Shown: piece after piece, positions 7,064 through 16,474 of the stretch
Layout: every line of letters starts with the position of its first letter
Numbering within the stretch: the stretch's first letter is position 1
Origin: an uncultured archaeon
GTDB taxonomy: Archaea; Asgardarchaeota; Thorarchaeia; Thorarchaeales; CAZPUN01
Direction of reading: 5' to 3'
Length of the DNA stretch: 25,921 bases
Assembly (NCBI GenBank): GCA_964589775.1
Contig: CAZPUN010000047.1
Span: forward strand, 1-25,921
Notes under the pieces: model-generated
What the model was told of the DNA's origin: nothing
The model's database searches: none
Seen by the model: only the letters and a program-made list of their open reading frames with translations
Made by a program: the position numbers and the translations under genes

Positions 7064-7774
7064 TTGAAATATTGGCAAGTGATTACACTCGGATTTATTA
7101 TTACGGGAATTATATATATCGGTAATCTAATTACGTTAGACTATGTTTCAGCGCCATGGTTCTGGAATCCCATGTGGCAACCAATTTCAATTATTATATT
7201 GCTTTCTCCGGTAATAATTTCTGATTTGCTATATAAGGGAGAATTGTCAAAAATTATGCTTAGATATATTACAGGTTGCTTTATGTTCTTCTCACCATTT
7301 TGGATTGCAGTATTCTATGAATTAAGAGGAATTACATGGGATCATATATTTACAGATGGATTGGGACCCTTATTCTTTGACCCAAATACGGGACATGCAA
7401 TATATTTGACATGGTATGAAACAATTGTAGTTATGGCATTTTTATTATTAATTGGCTTAGCTATCATATGGCCTTCAGAACAAGATCTGCGAATGAATCC
7501 ATATTATATCCCTAGATTCAAGAAAGTACAAAGAAAGAAAATAGAGGCAATTATCGATGCTGCAGATTATGAAGTAATGGAAGAACTAAAGAAAATACTA
7601 CGTGAATCAGGGCTATCTGATGCGGATATTGAGAAATTCATTAAGGCAGGCATAACCTCAGCAGCTGAATTATTACTAACCCCACCCGAAGAATTATCCT
7701 CTAAGACTGGAATCCCACAAGCTCAAATAACATCAGTATTAGATAAAGCAATAAAAATATGGGTTCAGATTTAA
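7064..7774 (+). CDS. Four-TM membrane protein with C-terminal Rad51/RadA-N-like helix-hairpin-helix domain
   Basis: TTG start after GAGGTG. About four hydrophobic helices, then GLSDADIEKFIKAGITSAAELLLTPPEELSSKTGIPQAQITSVLDKA. Confidence 0.75.
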   Translation: MKYWQVITLGFIITGIIYIGNLITLDYVSAPWFWNPMWQPISIIILLSPVIISDLLYKGELSKIMLRYITGCFMFFSPFWIAVFYELRGITWDHIFTDGLGPLFFDPNTGHAIYLTWYETIVVMAFLLLIGLAIIWPSEQDLRMNPYYIPRFKKVQRKKIEAIIDAADYEVMEELKKILRESGLSDADIEKFIKAGITSAAELLLTPPEELSSKTGIPQAQITSVLDKAIKIWVQI

Positions 7775-9444
7775 TGAATTACCTCATATATCCAAATATC
7801 ATTATTAGAATAAACTAAATGTAACCACAATAGTGAATTAATTAAGTTAAATCTATCGGGTGGAATCTCTTGCCATTGAAGACCCACCCCAAATAGGAAC
7901 CCTTGGGTCTTCATTTCTTTTGTCACTACAAGATAGTCTGATGATAGATAAAACGCACCATCAACTAGAAAGTTTTCAGCATCAGTTATATTTACGGTAT
8001 AGCCATAATATCCAGACAAAACATAATGCACACGCATATCTGAAGCAATTACGGCATCCTTTGGAATAGTACTATTAATCCATTGGAATCCTTCAAGTTC
8101 GGTCTGCGAGAAAATATTTCCAGCCCCAAAATACTTTTCACCCATGACGGTTCCATCGATGTACATATATCCGCTAAATAATGGTAGAACAATCATAAAT
8201 GTCAGAACAAGATAGTGTAATCGTTTACTAATTTTGAAAGATCTATAAAAATAAAAAATACCGGCTGAAGCTACTATAGCAAATGCAATTATTAGAAATG
8301 TTGTTCCACGTGTCAACAAAACTAAATTCAAAGATGTACGGCCTGAAAACATTGCAAATAACAGAAATGCAACATAACTCATGGATAAAGATATTACAAA
8401 ATCAAACCCATGGTATTTCTGAAATTTTGTTTGATTAGATCTCATATATGAAAAGCCATAACCTGAGAAAATCAAAAGAAGGGCAAATGGGAGAATATCA
8501 ATTATAAAATGCACATCAATCTGAATGAATGGAAATATTTGAATAAATAAAAGAGTTGATAGAACACCCAATGTAAGTCCAGAGATCAATGGAAATGTAT
8601 TTCGAATTGACATGGGTGGCTTTTTATTCACACGAATATGAATACCATAAAAAAGCATTAGCCCATAGAATCCAAGAAAATTAAGGATGAAACTTTCATT
8701 TAATATGCTCTTACCAAACAATGGATCCTTAGGCAATACAGTAAAAGTTCCTAGTATAAAATAATATAAAATAAACAAGACTCCCAATACTACAAATGCA
8801 AATATATCGTAAAGAAAGACGCGAATCTTACTATTCAAATTTGATTCATCAAATAAAGAAATTATGCTAAATATGGGTAATGGTATAAGAAACATAAGTA
8901 ATGTAATATGATGGGTCGGAAGCATTAGTAATGAGATTACAAGGAATCCAATAAAATTCTTGATAAATTTTGCTCGACCATCATGCATCTGAATCCAGAA
9001 GTAAAAACCAGCTAAAAGAAGTGGATGCGCTAATGTTTCCTTAGTAACTCCGGAGGTATGAAATACATATGGACCAGCAAATGCTATGAATGAAGATGCA
9101 TAAATTGCCATACGGTCATCATTCAATATTTTTCTAAATAATAAAAATGAGATAGGAATCACAATTGATATAGTGGCAGGAAAAATATATGTTGCTACAA
9201 AATATGGCGTGGTATGGGTAATTATCGCAAGAACAGCAATATAAATCTCAACCATTGGCCAATATGAATCATAATCACCGGTAGCAAATTGAATTACCCC
9301 AGTTCTTAATATTTCTTCAGCCTTGTGAGTATGGATCCATGAATCAAGAACAAATGGATGACCATAAAGTAACCCTGGGAGTATTCTAAGGAGTAATCCT
9401 CCAATCCAAATTAGGATAAGGAGAATAGAATTCTGCCTATTCAT
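7771..9444 (-). CDS. Polytopic membrane protein, probable GT-C-fold glycosyltransferase
   Basis: TM1 with LLRI followed by a DSWIH loop, YDSYWP, TKE, about 13 TMs and a C-terminal soluble domain (ELEGFQWI...VIASD...LVYSN), as in archaeal GT-C-like proteins. Confidence 0.65.
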   Translation of the reverse strand: MNRQNSILLILIWIGGLLLRILPGLLYGHPFVLDSWIHTHKAEEILRTGVIQFATGDYDSYWPMVEIYIAVLAIITHTTPYFVATYIFPATISIVIPISFLLFRKILNDDRMAIYASSFIAFAGPYVFHTSGVTKETLAHPLLLAGFYFWIQMHDGRAKFIKNFIGFLVISLLMLPTHHITLLMFLIPLPIFSIISLFDESNLNSKIRVFLYDIFAFVVLGVLFILYYFILGTFTVLPKDPLFGKSILNESFILNFLGFYGLMLFYGIHIRVNKKPPMSIRNTFPLISGLTLGVLSTLLFIQIFPFIQIDVHFIIDILPFALLLIFSGYGFSYMRSNQTKFQKYHGFDFVISLSMSYVAFLLFAMFSGRTSLNLVLLTRGTTFLIIAFAIVASAGIFYFYRSFKISKRLHYLVLTFMIVLPLFSGYMYIDGTVMGEKYFGAGNIFSQTELEGFQWINSTIPKDAVIASDMRVHYVLSGYYGYTVNITDAENFLVDGAFYLSSDYLVVTKEMKTQGFLFGVGLQWQEIPPDRFNLINSLLWLHLVYSNNDIWIYEVIH

Positions 9445-11146
9445 TTACTTCAGACTCCATTTGGTTTTCTAATAATTCTCTAACACGCACCTGCAATACA
9501 TCAGCCAATGGTCGACTGTAGACAAAATGTATTTGCCAAATTAATGTTATTAAAGAAAATATTAGAGGCATCATAAGAGAAAAAGTAAAAATTTCAATAG
9601 AAAACACAGGAAAATAAGAATGACCCCCAATTAGCAACAGATCAAAGGAAACTAAGATGTCTATAGAAAAAACACCCACTATGAATCCTAGTATAGAGGA
9701 TATTGTTGTTATAGATATTTGAAGCGGTAGAATATATCTTAACGACTGTGTGAATTTTGCACCCAACATGCGAATTACCGATATATTTCGTCGGACTTCG
9801 GAGAAGAATGTGTTTGTAATGACACGGATCAAAAACAGAGATAGTAAAGCAACAATTAAGAGAATGGCCCACAGCATATTTTCAGTAATACCAATTAATT
9901 GTCCTAAGCTTGAACGAATTAAGCTTGTGGGCGCATCAATTTTTAATTTTGTAGGCTCATAAGAAATGAATTCTGCAGGTATCTTATAATACATAGATGA
10001 TGATCTATGAAAATCTATATCTAGATAAGATATTGAACTACTAACATGAATCTCTTTTACACAAAGACCATCGACAGCATAAATCAATAAATCATTCGAA
10101 TTGAGATGCAAATTCAAAGTGCTATTTGAACTATAATTATGATAGAGTTCTTTATGGGTATATGCATCAATGATAAACAACTTTGTTCCTGTAATAGGAA
10201 TTCCATCAGATAATGTAGAAATTCTAATTTGATAATTAGAAATTGTTTTATTTCGCCCAATATTTAACTTCAAATTTTGATTACCTATTAGGGTTATATT
10301 GTAAATAAAGAAATTACCTTGATATTCCACCATAATAAAATAGTAATTCAATAGTAGTCCAGAAAAAACCGCATATCCTGTTGAATTTGTAAGTTTGAAA
10401 TTCACCAAAGAAAAATCATAACGTAATAATGAAATTCTTGCATCTACAACATTACTGCTCTCATTGACTATGTGAAGGGTTAATACACGACGTAAATAGA
10501 GTGCATCTATAAGTTGTTGTTTTGAAACTAATGATGAATCATATTTTATGCGTATTAAATTTACATAACCAGGATATGTATCTGAAAGCATGGCACCTAT
10601 TGAGAGTGAAATTAATCCTTCATCATCAAGAAGAGAATCAGATCTGTAAATCCCCACAATTCTCACACGCGTATAATCATTTACAAGAGCACTGAACAAA
10701 AAGATGTCATCGCCAATAGTCTTATGTAAGCGATTTGCCAACCGATAACCAAGAATAATTGAAAATGATTCATTGTTATTAAGAGGACGACCGTGGATAA
10801 ATGTCAATTGTTCATTTTTAAAAAACTCAGAAGGTACGATACCGCGAACAAAAAACGAAAAGCCACCAGAACTGCAAGCGGCAATAGTTTCAGGGCTCAC
10901 ACTTATTACACCATGAATACGAGAAATCGGAGTTATTAACCAGTAGGGAACGTGTGATGTTGCAATTGTTGCAGATACGTTACTTGATATAATTAGAGTA
11001 TCTTCAGAGTTTCCCAAGTATTGAATTGTACCATTATAAAATGATGTAATGAATGTTCCTGACGAAGCAAAGATCATACTAGATAAAAATATGCTCAAGA
11101 AGAATGTTGCGATCGCTTTTTGTGAAACAAGTTTAGGTTGATTCAT
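9437..11146 (-). CDS. MacB/FtsX-family ABC permease with enlarged extracellular region
   Basis: 1+3 TM topology, VSPE, VRGI, GRPL, ILGYRLA.RL..IGD, RIVGIY and ISVIRMLGA motifs. Extra beta-rich insert (TNSTGYAVF). Confidence 0.85.
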   Translation of the reverse strand: MNQPKLVSQKAIATFFLSIFLSSMIFASSGTFITSFYNGTIQYLGNSEDTLIISSNVSATIATSHVPYWLITPISRIHGVISVSPETIAACSSGGFSFFVRGIVPSEFFKNEQLTFIHGRPLNNNESFSIILGYRLANRLHKTIGDDIFLFSALVNDYTRVRIVGIYRSDSLLDDEGLISLSIGAMLSDTYPGYVNLIRIKYDSSLVSKQQLIDALYLRRVLTLHIVNESSNVVDARISLLRYDFSLVNFKLTNSTGYAVFSGLLLNYYFIMVEYQGNFFIYNITLIGNQNLKLNIGRNKTISNYQIRISTLSDGIPITGTKLFIIDAYTHKELYHNYSSNSTLNLHLNSNDLLIYAVDGLCVKEIHVSSSISYLDIDFHRSSSMYYKIPAEFISYEPTKLKIDAPTSLIRSSLGQLIGITENMLWAILLIVALLSLFLIRVITNTFFSEVRRNISVIRMLGAKFTQSLRYILPLQISITTISSILGFIVGVFSIDILVSFDLLLIGGHSYFPVFSIEIFTFSLMMPLIFSLITLIWQIHFVYSRPLADVLQVRVRELLENQMESEVNE

Positions 11147-12270
11147 TATTGTAACAACTCTCCTGGCGTTGTTCTCATTAATTGAATGATGGGGATAATT
11201 CCACCGATTAAAGTGAATAAAAATGATGCAAGAATTATTTCACCAACTAATCCAAAAGTTGGTAACGATGGAGCATACAGTTGCTCACCAAATAAGGAAG
11301 AAACATATGACATGATATTTGAAATAACAATTCCAATTGAAACTCCAATTCCGCTTGCGATCATACCAATTCCAATAATTTGAATTAACAATAGAAAGAA
11401 CAAATAGACTCTTGAAGTGCCCATTGAGATTAATAATCCAATTTCATATTTTGCAGACTTTATGAGATGATTTCCAGCCTGATAGATCAAAGACAAGGTA
11501 ATTATAAAAAGAATAATAGCCATGGCCCACAAGGATATGGAAATTTGTCGTACCGCATCTAAGATTACTTGAGATAGTGCACGCTCTTTAAAGATTGATA
11601 TACCGTGAATGGACTGTAAACCTGAGAGAATTTTTGGTAAATCCTCATTTTTAAATAGACGAACCTCAATTTGATTATAGTAATTTTGAGGCAATCGCAG
11701 CATAACACGCCCGAGAGGCTCATTAAGAAAAATACTAAAATCCAAAGGACTATCAAAATTCAGAATACCAACTACAGATACATTCCATTCGAAAAATCGG
11801 GTGGATATTGTTAAATTCGTTCCAACTTTAATCGAGTTCAAATAAGCAAACTGAGCCCCAACAAAAATTGTTTCACTCGTTAAATTGTATGTCCCATCAA
11901 TAATCCGAAATTCGTGAATTTTAAGAAATGTAGAAATATTTGCACCATAAAATGTAATATTGTGCTTAACAAAATGATCTGAAGATACATTCATCTTTCC
12001 GACGATCTGATATGAACAAAGCACATCATATGTATTAATGATTGATATTTGCTCTACATCTATCGGCGCACCAATAGTTGAGTTGGTAATCAGAATAGTA
12101 TTTGTTGTCGCATAACTTTTTGTTGCGTAAGTAAATGAAACTTCATATCCATTTATTAGAGAGAATGATGCAACAATTACTGAAATACATAAAGCAATAT
12201 GAAGTACAGTAGTCCGAGACCGTTCGATATTCCTAATCAAGGATTTGATAATTATGATGGGTAGTATCAT
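11146..12270 (-). CDS. MacB/FtsX-family ABC permease
   Basis: RNIERS before TM1, IIDG, IFVG, VVGI and EIGLLISMG motifs, 1+3 TM. ATG at 12270 (or 12285) is preferred over 12399, which would overlap the divergent gene. Confidence 0.85.
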   Translation of the reverse strand: MILPIIIIKSLIRNIERSRTTVLHIALCISVIVASFSLINGYEVSFTYATKSYATTNTILITNSTIGAPIDVEQISIINTYDVLCSYQIVGKMNVSSDHFVKHNITFYGANISTFLKIHEFRIIDGTYNLTSETIFVGAQFAYLNSIKVGTNLTISTRFFEWNVSVVGILNFDSPLDFSIFLNEPLGRVMLRLPQNYYNQIEVRLFKNEDLPKILSGLQSIHGISIFKERALSQVILDAVRQISISLWAMAIILFIITLSLIYQAGNHLIKSAKYEIGLLISMGTSRVYLFFLLLIQIIGIGMIASGIGVSIGIVISNIMSYVSSLFGEQLYAPSLPTFGLVGEIILASFLFTLIGGIIPIIQLMRTTPGELLQ

Positions 12271-12360
12271 ATACTGTACTTCCATATTATTTATATCAAT
12301 ACAAAATATTTGAACACGTATAAAATTGTTTCCAATAAAACTAATGAGCAGGTGCAAATA

Positions 12361-13347
12361 ATGAATACCCATATTGTTTTGGCTAGTGGCGCAATACACT
12401 TGAAAGATTCTTTTGAAAAAATGGGATATAAAACATATACCTCAGAAATGAACTATGATTCAAAAAGAATTTTCCCAAACACAGACATATATTCTCGAAT
12501 CGCAAATATCCAAGAATTACAAAATCAAAATGTATTACTAATACAAAATGGAACATGTTCAAGCGAAGCAGAGAAAGAATTCTTCACAACTTCGGATAGA
12601 TTGATCGAGACATTGCAACTTGCAGACCTTTTAAGAAACCCCGTTGAAGTTGAAGAAATTGGACATAAAAAATATAAAGCTACACCATTAAGTCCTGTAA
12701 AATCAATCGACGTTTTGTATACATTCTTTCCATATGCGATCCAAGATAAAGCATTCAAAACAGGAGAAGTAATTTCTGGGCGATTGGCATTGGACCTCAC
12801 GTTAACACGAGCAGATAAAGTGCATGCAATTGATCCACACTATCCATTAGACATTGATTGGGTTTCTGATGCGATAAATAAACAAAAACTGAATGTACTT
12901 TCATTATCTGAACATTTAATCAAATTTGCTGCCAAAGTATTTGATTTCGATGAATATATGGTTGTAGGACCAGATGAAGGCGCTCAAGCACGATTTGGAG
13001 TGGAATCATTTAGCAAGAGTAGAACAGATTCATTCACGGTTGAAGTTTCAGGAGATTTTGATGTTAAAGGTAAAAACATTATCGTGATCGATGATTTCAC
13101 CAAAAGTGGCAGTACTTTAATAAAAGCGAAGAAAAGACTTATTGATGAAGGCGCAAAAAAGGTTGGGCTCGCAGTTACACATGTGTTACCCTTACTTGAC
13201 AAGCGTGAAGAACTTTTAAGAAAATTAATTGAAAAAGCTGAAGAATTAATAGTAACTACAAATACGATATACACAAGGTCATTCGCAGTAGAGCATCCAG
13301 AACTTGTTATGGATATTGCAAAAGCAATATCAGAGCAGTTTAAATAA
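12361..13347 (+). CDS. Divergent ribose-phosphate pyrophosphokinase (PRPP synthetase)-like protein
   Basis: FPYAIQDK, IDPH, VVGPDEGA, KSR, and the PRT motif IIVIDDFTKSGSTL, plus VTH and TTNTI. ATG at 12361 follows CAGGTG. Confidence 0.8.
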   Translation: MNTHIVLASGAIHLKDSFEKMGYKTYTSEMNYDSKRIFPNTDIYSRIANIQELQNQNVLLIQNGTCSSEAEKEFFTTSDRLIETLQLADLLRNPVEVEEIGHKKYKATPLSPVKSIDVLYTFFPYAIQDKAFKTGEVISGRLALDLTLTRADKVHAIDPHYPLDIDWVSDAINKQKLNVLSLSEHLIKFAAKVFDFDEYMVVGPDEGAQARFGVESFSKSRTDSFTVEVSGDFDVKGKNIIVIDDFTKSGSTLIKAKKRLIDEGAKKVGLAVTHVLPLLDKREELLRKLIEKAEELIVTTNTIYTRSFAVEHPELVMDIAKAISEQFK

Positions 13348-13427
13348 AATCCCAATCATTTTTATTTTTGTTTGTATACAAATTCAATGAAATTTAATGA
13401 AACAACAAATAAGACGAGGGGTTAAAT

Positions 13428-15011
13428 TTGGTTAAGACATATAATATCGAATATTTATACAGACAGATTAATCCTGGAGGAACTGAAGTTATCCCAGATG
13501 AACGAGCAATACAGGATGCTATCGCATTATTGCATATGAAATCTCGGAGACCTGCAGATGCAGTACTGGAAGTCTTTGCAAGGATTGCATTTCCATATTA
13601 CATAGTACAATGGAGTAGCAATGAATCCATATTAGTAAGTGGTTTTGATAAACACGTAGTTAGTTTTGAGATTCCAGTATATAAAGGGCTCCAAAATATT
13701 AAAAACACAATCGCTTCGATGAACCGTGATAATGTAATAGAAATTCTGAAACAGGTGAAAACTACCTTTGAAAAATCACAATCAGAAACAATTGAAATTA
13801 AAGGTCTTGTAATGCCAGACATCATTCCGAAAATGCGAGGTATCTTGAAGGAGTTAGAACCGGGAAAATTTGATAATGAAATAAAAATTAATTTCACATC
13901 AGATGCAGCTCTAGATACAAGTTCCAGTATGCAAAAGCTTGTAAAAGATTTGGAAACTCAATCAAAGAATATCGATGAATTAAATTCAATGCTAAAATCA
14001 AAAGTTGAAGATATTCTAAAAGTTGTAGATAATCTAATAAACACAGAAAAATCCAAAATGGGAAGACAAGCACAATCACTGGAAGAAACCATTGAGATGG
14101 AAATACAAAGATTAGAACAAAAAGCATCAGATCGAAAATATGAACTTAAAAATAAAAAGGAAGCCGAACTAAAGAAGTTGAATACGGAACTTGCCAAAGC
14201 GATATTTGAGCTAGAACAATTTTATACAAATATTGCAGATTTAGTAAGACAATACAGAGGCGAAATCACAGACCAAATGGACAATTTCAAAGCAGGAAAG
14301 AAAACATTTGAGAAAATGGTATCAGAAGTTACAGAGAAAGAAAAAGGATCCCAAGAGATAATTGAAAGACTTGAGAAATTTGTAAGAGAACTCTATGAAA
14401 AGAATGATAAAATTATCGAAGAGTATGAAGCGGAAATTTCACGAATTGACGAGGCATTGAAGGAACAAATCATACAACAGAAACACAGACGCGTTGAATA
14501 TGACTTGCAAGTCCAAGAAACTCTAAATAGATTACTAGATGAACGCGATGAAATTGCTAAGATTTTTGCGGAAACGACTGAAAATATACAAAATGCATAT
14601 AACAACATACGAAGCAAACTAACTGAAATATATGAATATTCTATCAATCAAAATGAATTTGGTATTACGGTACCAATTTCAAAGGTACAAATAATAACAT
14701 ATGGTGGAAAATATAAGAGCACAAATAAAATTGAACTTGCAACACCAGCGATCATTCCAGAACAAGTAAAACAACCGTTAAAACTAATAGATTTTGAAAA
14801 ATGTAAGTTAAAAGAAATGATTTCGGAATATCTAAATGACTCATCTTTGCGCAATATAATTGAGTCAGCAATGAAAAGCTACAATATGCTAAATGATGAT
14901 GGATTAAATAATATAAAAGAGGGAATTAAAGCTTTAGTCGCTAGAAGAACGATTGATAGCGACTTGGGAGATAGGTTGATTGAATTCTTTGAATCCTCAA
15001 AAACAACTTAA
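13428..15011 (+). CDS. Long coiled-coil protein of unknown function
   Basis: 527-aa ORF, TTG start after GAGGGG. E/K/Q-rich heptad region at about aa 165-405 between globular ends. No Walker A motif. Confidence 0.75.
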   Translation: MVKTYNIEYLYRQINPGGTEVIPDERAIQDAIALLHMKSRRPADAVLEVFARIAFPYYIVQWSSNESILVSGFDKHVVSFEIPVYKGLQNIKNTIASMNRDNVIEILKQVKTTFEKSQSETIEIKGLVMPDIIPKMRGILKELEPGKFDNEIKINFTSDAALDTSSSMQKLVKDLETQSKNIDELNSMLKSKVEDILKVVDNLINTEKSKMGRQAQSLEETIEMEIQRLEQKASDRKYELKNKKEAELKKLNTELAKAIFELEQFYTNIADLVRQYRGEITDQMDNFKAGKKTFEKMVSEVTEKEKGSQEIIERLEKFVRELYEKNDKIIEEYEAEISRIDEALKEQIIQQKHRRVEYDLQVQETLNRLLDERDEIAKIFAETTENIQNAYNNIRSKLTEIYEYSINQNEFGITVPISKVQIITYGGKYKSTNKIELATPAIIPEQVKQPLKLIDFEKCKLKEMISEYLNDSSLRNIIESAMKSYNMLNDDGLNNIKEGIKALVARRTIDSDLGDRLIEFFESSKTT

Positions 15012-15604
15012 CTTTCCTCTTTTTCTATTTTTAAATCATCAAATATAATTACGCTCCCCTTTAATTTTGAAGCTTCTTCAGGAGTTAAAACTTCATATTT
15101 CACTTTTGATAGATCATCAGGTAAAATAGAACTTATTCCGTTTGGGTCTTCCATAATTAATGTGAATTCCAATTTACCTTCAATTGCTTCATGGATCATT
15201 TTTAATACTGTTCTACCTCTCATAACCGCCTCATCAGTTTCTGCAAATTTTATTGCCATTTCAACAGCAGGCATAATTCTGTACAAAACGCCCTCAACAT
15301 TACTGATGAATGAATCTGCTGCAGGCCCGGGTTCAACCTTTATTCCAAACTCAGGGATTGTAAATGTTCCACTGCTGGAACGAATAACACGAATAGATAA
15401 ATCGGATATTGTTTTTACTTTTAACGTCCAACGTGCGGGAGGTTGCTGTTCAACTGCAAAAACATCATTATGTGAAAAGTGACACTTGGGGCACTCCATA
15501 TGAAACATAGCAATCTCATTAAAGAATGGTACACTGTATAATTGCTGTGTCATAATTATTGGTTTATAACCACATACAGGACATGAAACTTCACTGACTT
15601 TCAA
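15008..15604 (-). CDS. ZPR1 zinc-finger domain protein (archaeal single-module type)
   Basis: CPVCG...VPFFNEI...CPKCHF, RVIRSSSG, IEPGP-like VEPGP, SNVEGVL and DPNGIS motifs. TTG at 15604 follows GAGGGA, directly after the upstream stop. Confidence 0.9.
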   Translation of the reverse strand: MKVSEVSCPVCGYKPIIMTQQLYSVPFFNEIAMFHMECPKCHFSHNDVFAVEQQPPARWTLKVKTISDLSIRVIRSSSGTFTIPEFGIKVEPGPAADSFISNVEGVLYRIMPAVEMAIKFAETDEAVMRGRTVLKMIHEAIEGKLEFTLIMEDPNGISSILPDDLSKVKYEVLTPEEASKLKGSVIIFDDLKIEKEES

Positions 15605-15614
15605 AAGGATCCCT

Positions 15615-16307
15615 CTATAATTCAATTTCTGTAACAGTTTTTGTTGCGGGAAGCGCAACATTCCATATTGGAGTATTATTGATTTCAGCATAAAATACCT
15701 TTGACTCGTGCACATGCGCATGAATTACTGCATCAGGCTTTGCATGCACAATAGCTCGGTAAAATTTCTTACTACTAATCCATCGGTATATAGAAGGCTT
15801 AGCCCCAACACATGTCAAAGTTGTAGGTGCATAGTGCATTAGAAGAATTGTAAGGTCCGCTCCAACATGTTTCAAGCGTTTTAACATTTCTTCAACAACA
15901 ATAATTCGATTAGCATATAATTCTCGAATTGCAGGAACATTTCGCAATTGCCATGATGTGGGCTCATCTAAACTTCCTTGGGTCCCTACAATTCCGATCA
16001 CTTTACCATTAATATTTAAAGTTGTAGAAGTATCATCTAAAAATATAATATGCTCTCCGTATTGCTCAACAATTTTGGATCTAGATTCAAAATATTCTTC
16101 ATTTCCAAAGCAGGCTACAATAGGTGGAATTGTTCCGAATTCATTTTCGATTGCATTTAATACTTCCCCATAACCTTCAACACGCCCTTGAAGCACCATA
16201 TCACCCGCAAATAGAAACAGGTCGGGCAAGGGCTTATTTTTTAAGGATTCTATAAATAATTCCAAATATCTAGGGGAATGTACGTCACCTACCGCAAGGA
16301 CCTTCAT
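15615..16307 (-). CDS. Calcineurin-like metallophosphoesterase
   Basis: GDVH, AGD, FGNEE, MHYAP and HAHVH motifs. Start at ATG 16307 or TTG 16313. Confidence 0.88.
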   Translation of the reverse strand: MKVLAVGDVHSPRYLELFIESLKNKPLPDLFLFAGDMVLQGRVEGYGEVLNAIENEFGTIPPIVACFGNEEYFESRSKIVEQYGEHIIFLDDTSTTLNINGKVIGIVGTQGSLDEPTSWQLRNVPAIRELYANRIIVVEEMLKRLKHVGADLTILLMHYAPTTLTCVGAKPSIYRWISSKKFYRAIVHAKPDAVIHAHVHESKVFYAEINNTPIWNVALPATKTVTEIEL

Positions 16308-16474
16308 TTTCAACTCTAAACCTAATCTTTTTGATTACTCTTCAGACAAAACATATAAAAAATATTATGTATATCACAATTTATTCTAATGAACTTTAAA
16401 TTTATGAATAAAACCAACGAATTGATGTATCTAATTGTGGAATAGAACAAGTATGTAAATTATGAGTGATAACA

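Noticed and set aside
12271-12399. Extended N-termini of ORFs 11146..12399 and 12310..13347 (also 15721, 18903 and 22749 starts)
   Set aside because: They create head-to-head or nested overlaps, or swallow RBS/promoter space. Downstream starts fit RBS position and family N-termini better.
13428-15011. SMC/Rad50 ATPase
   Set aside because: No Walker A/B, signature motif or zinc hook.
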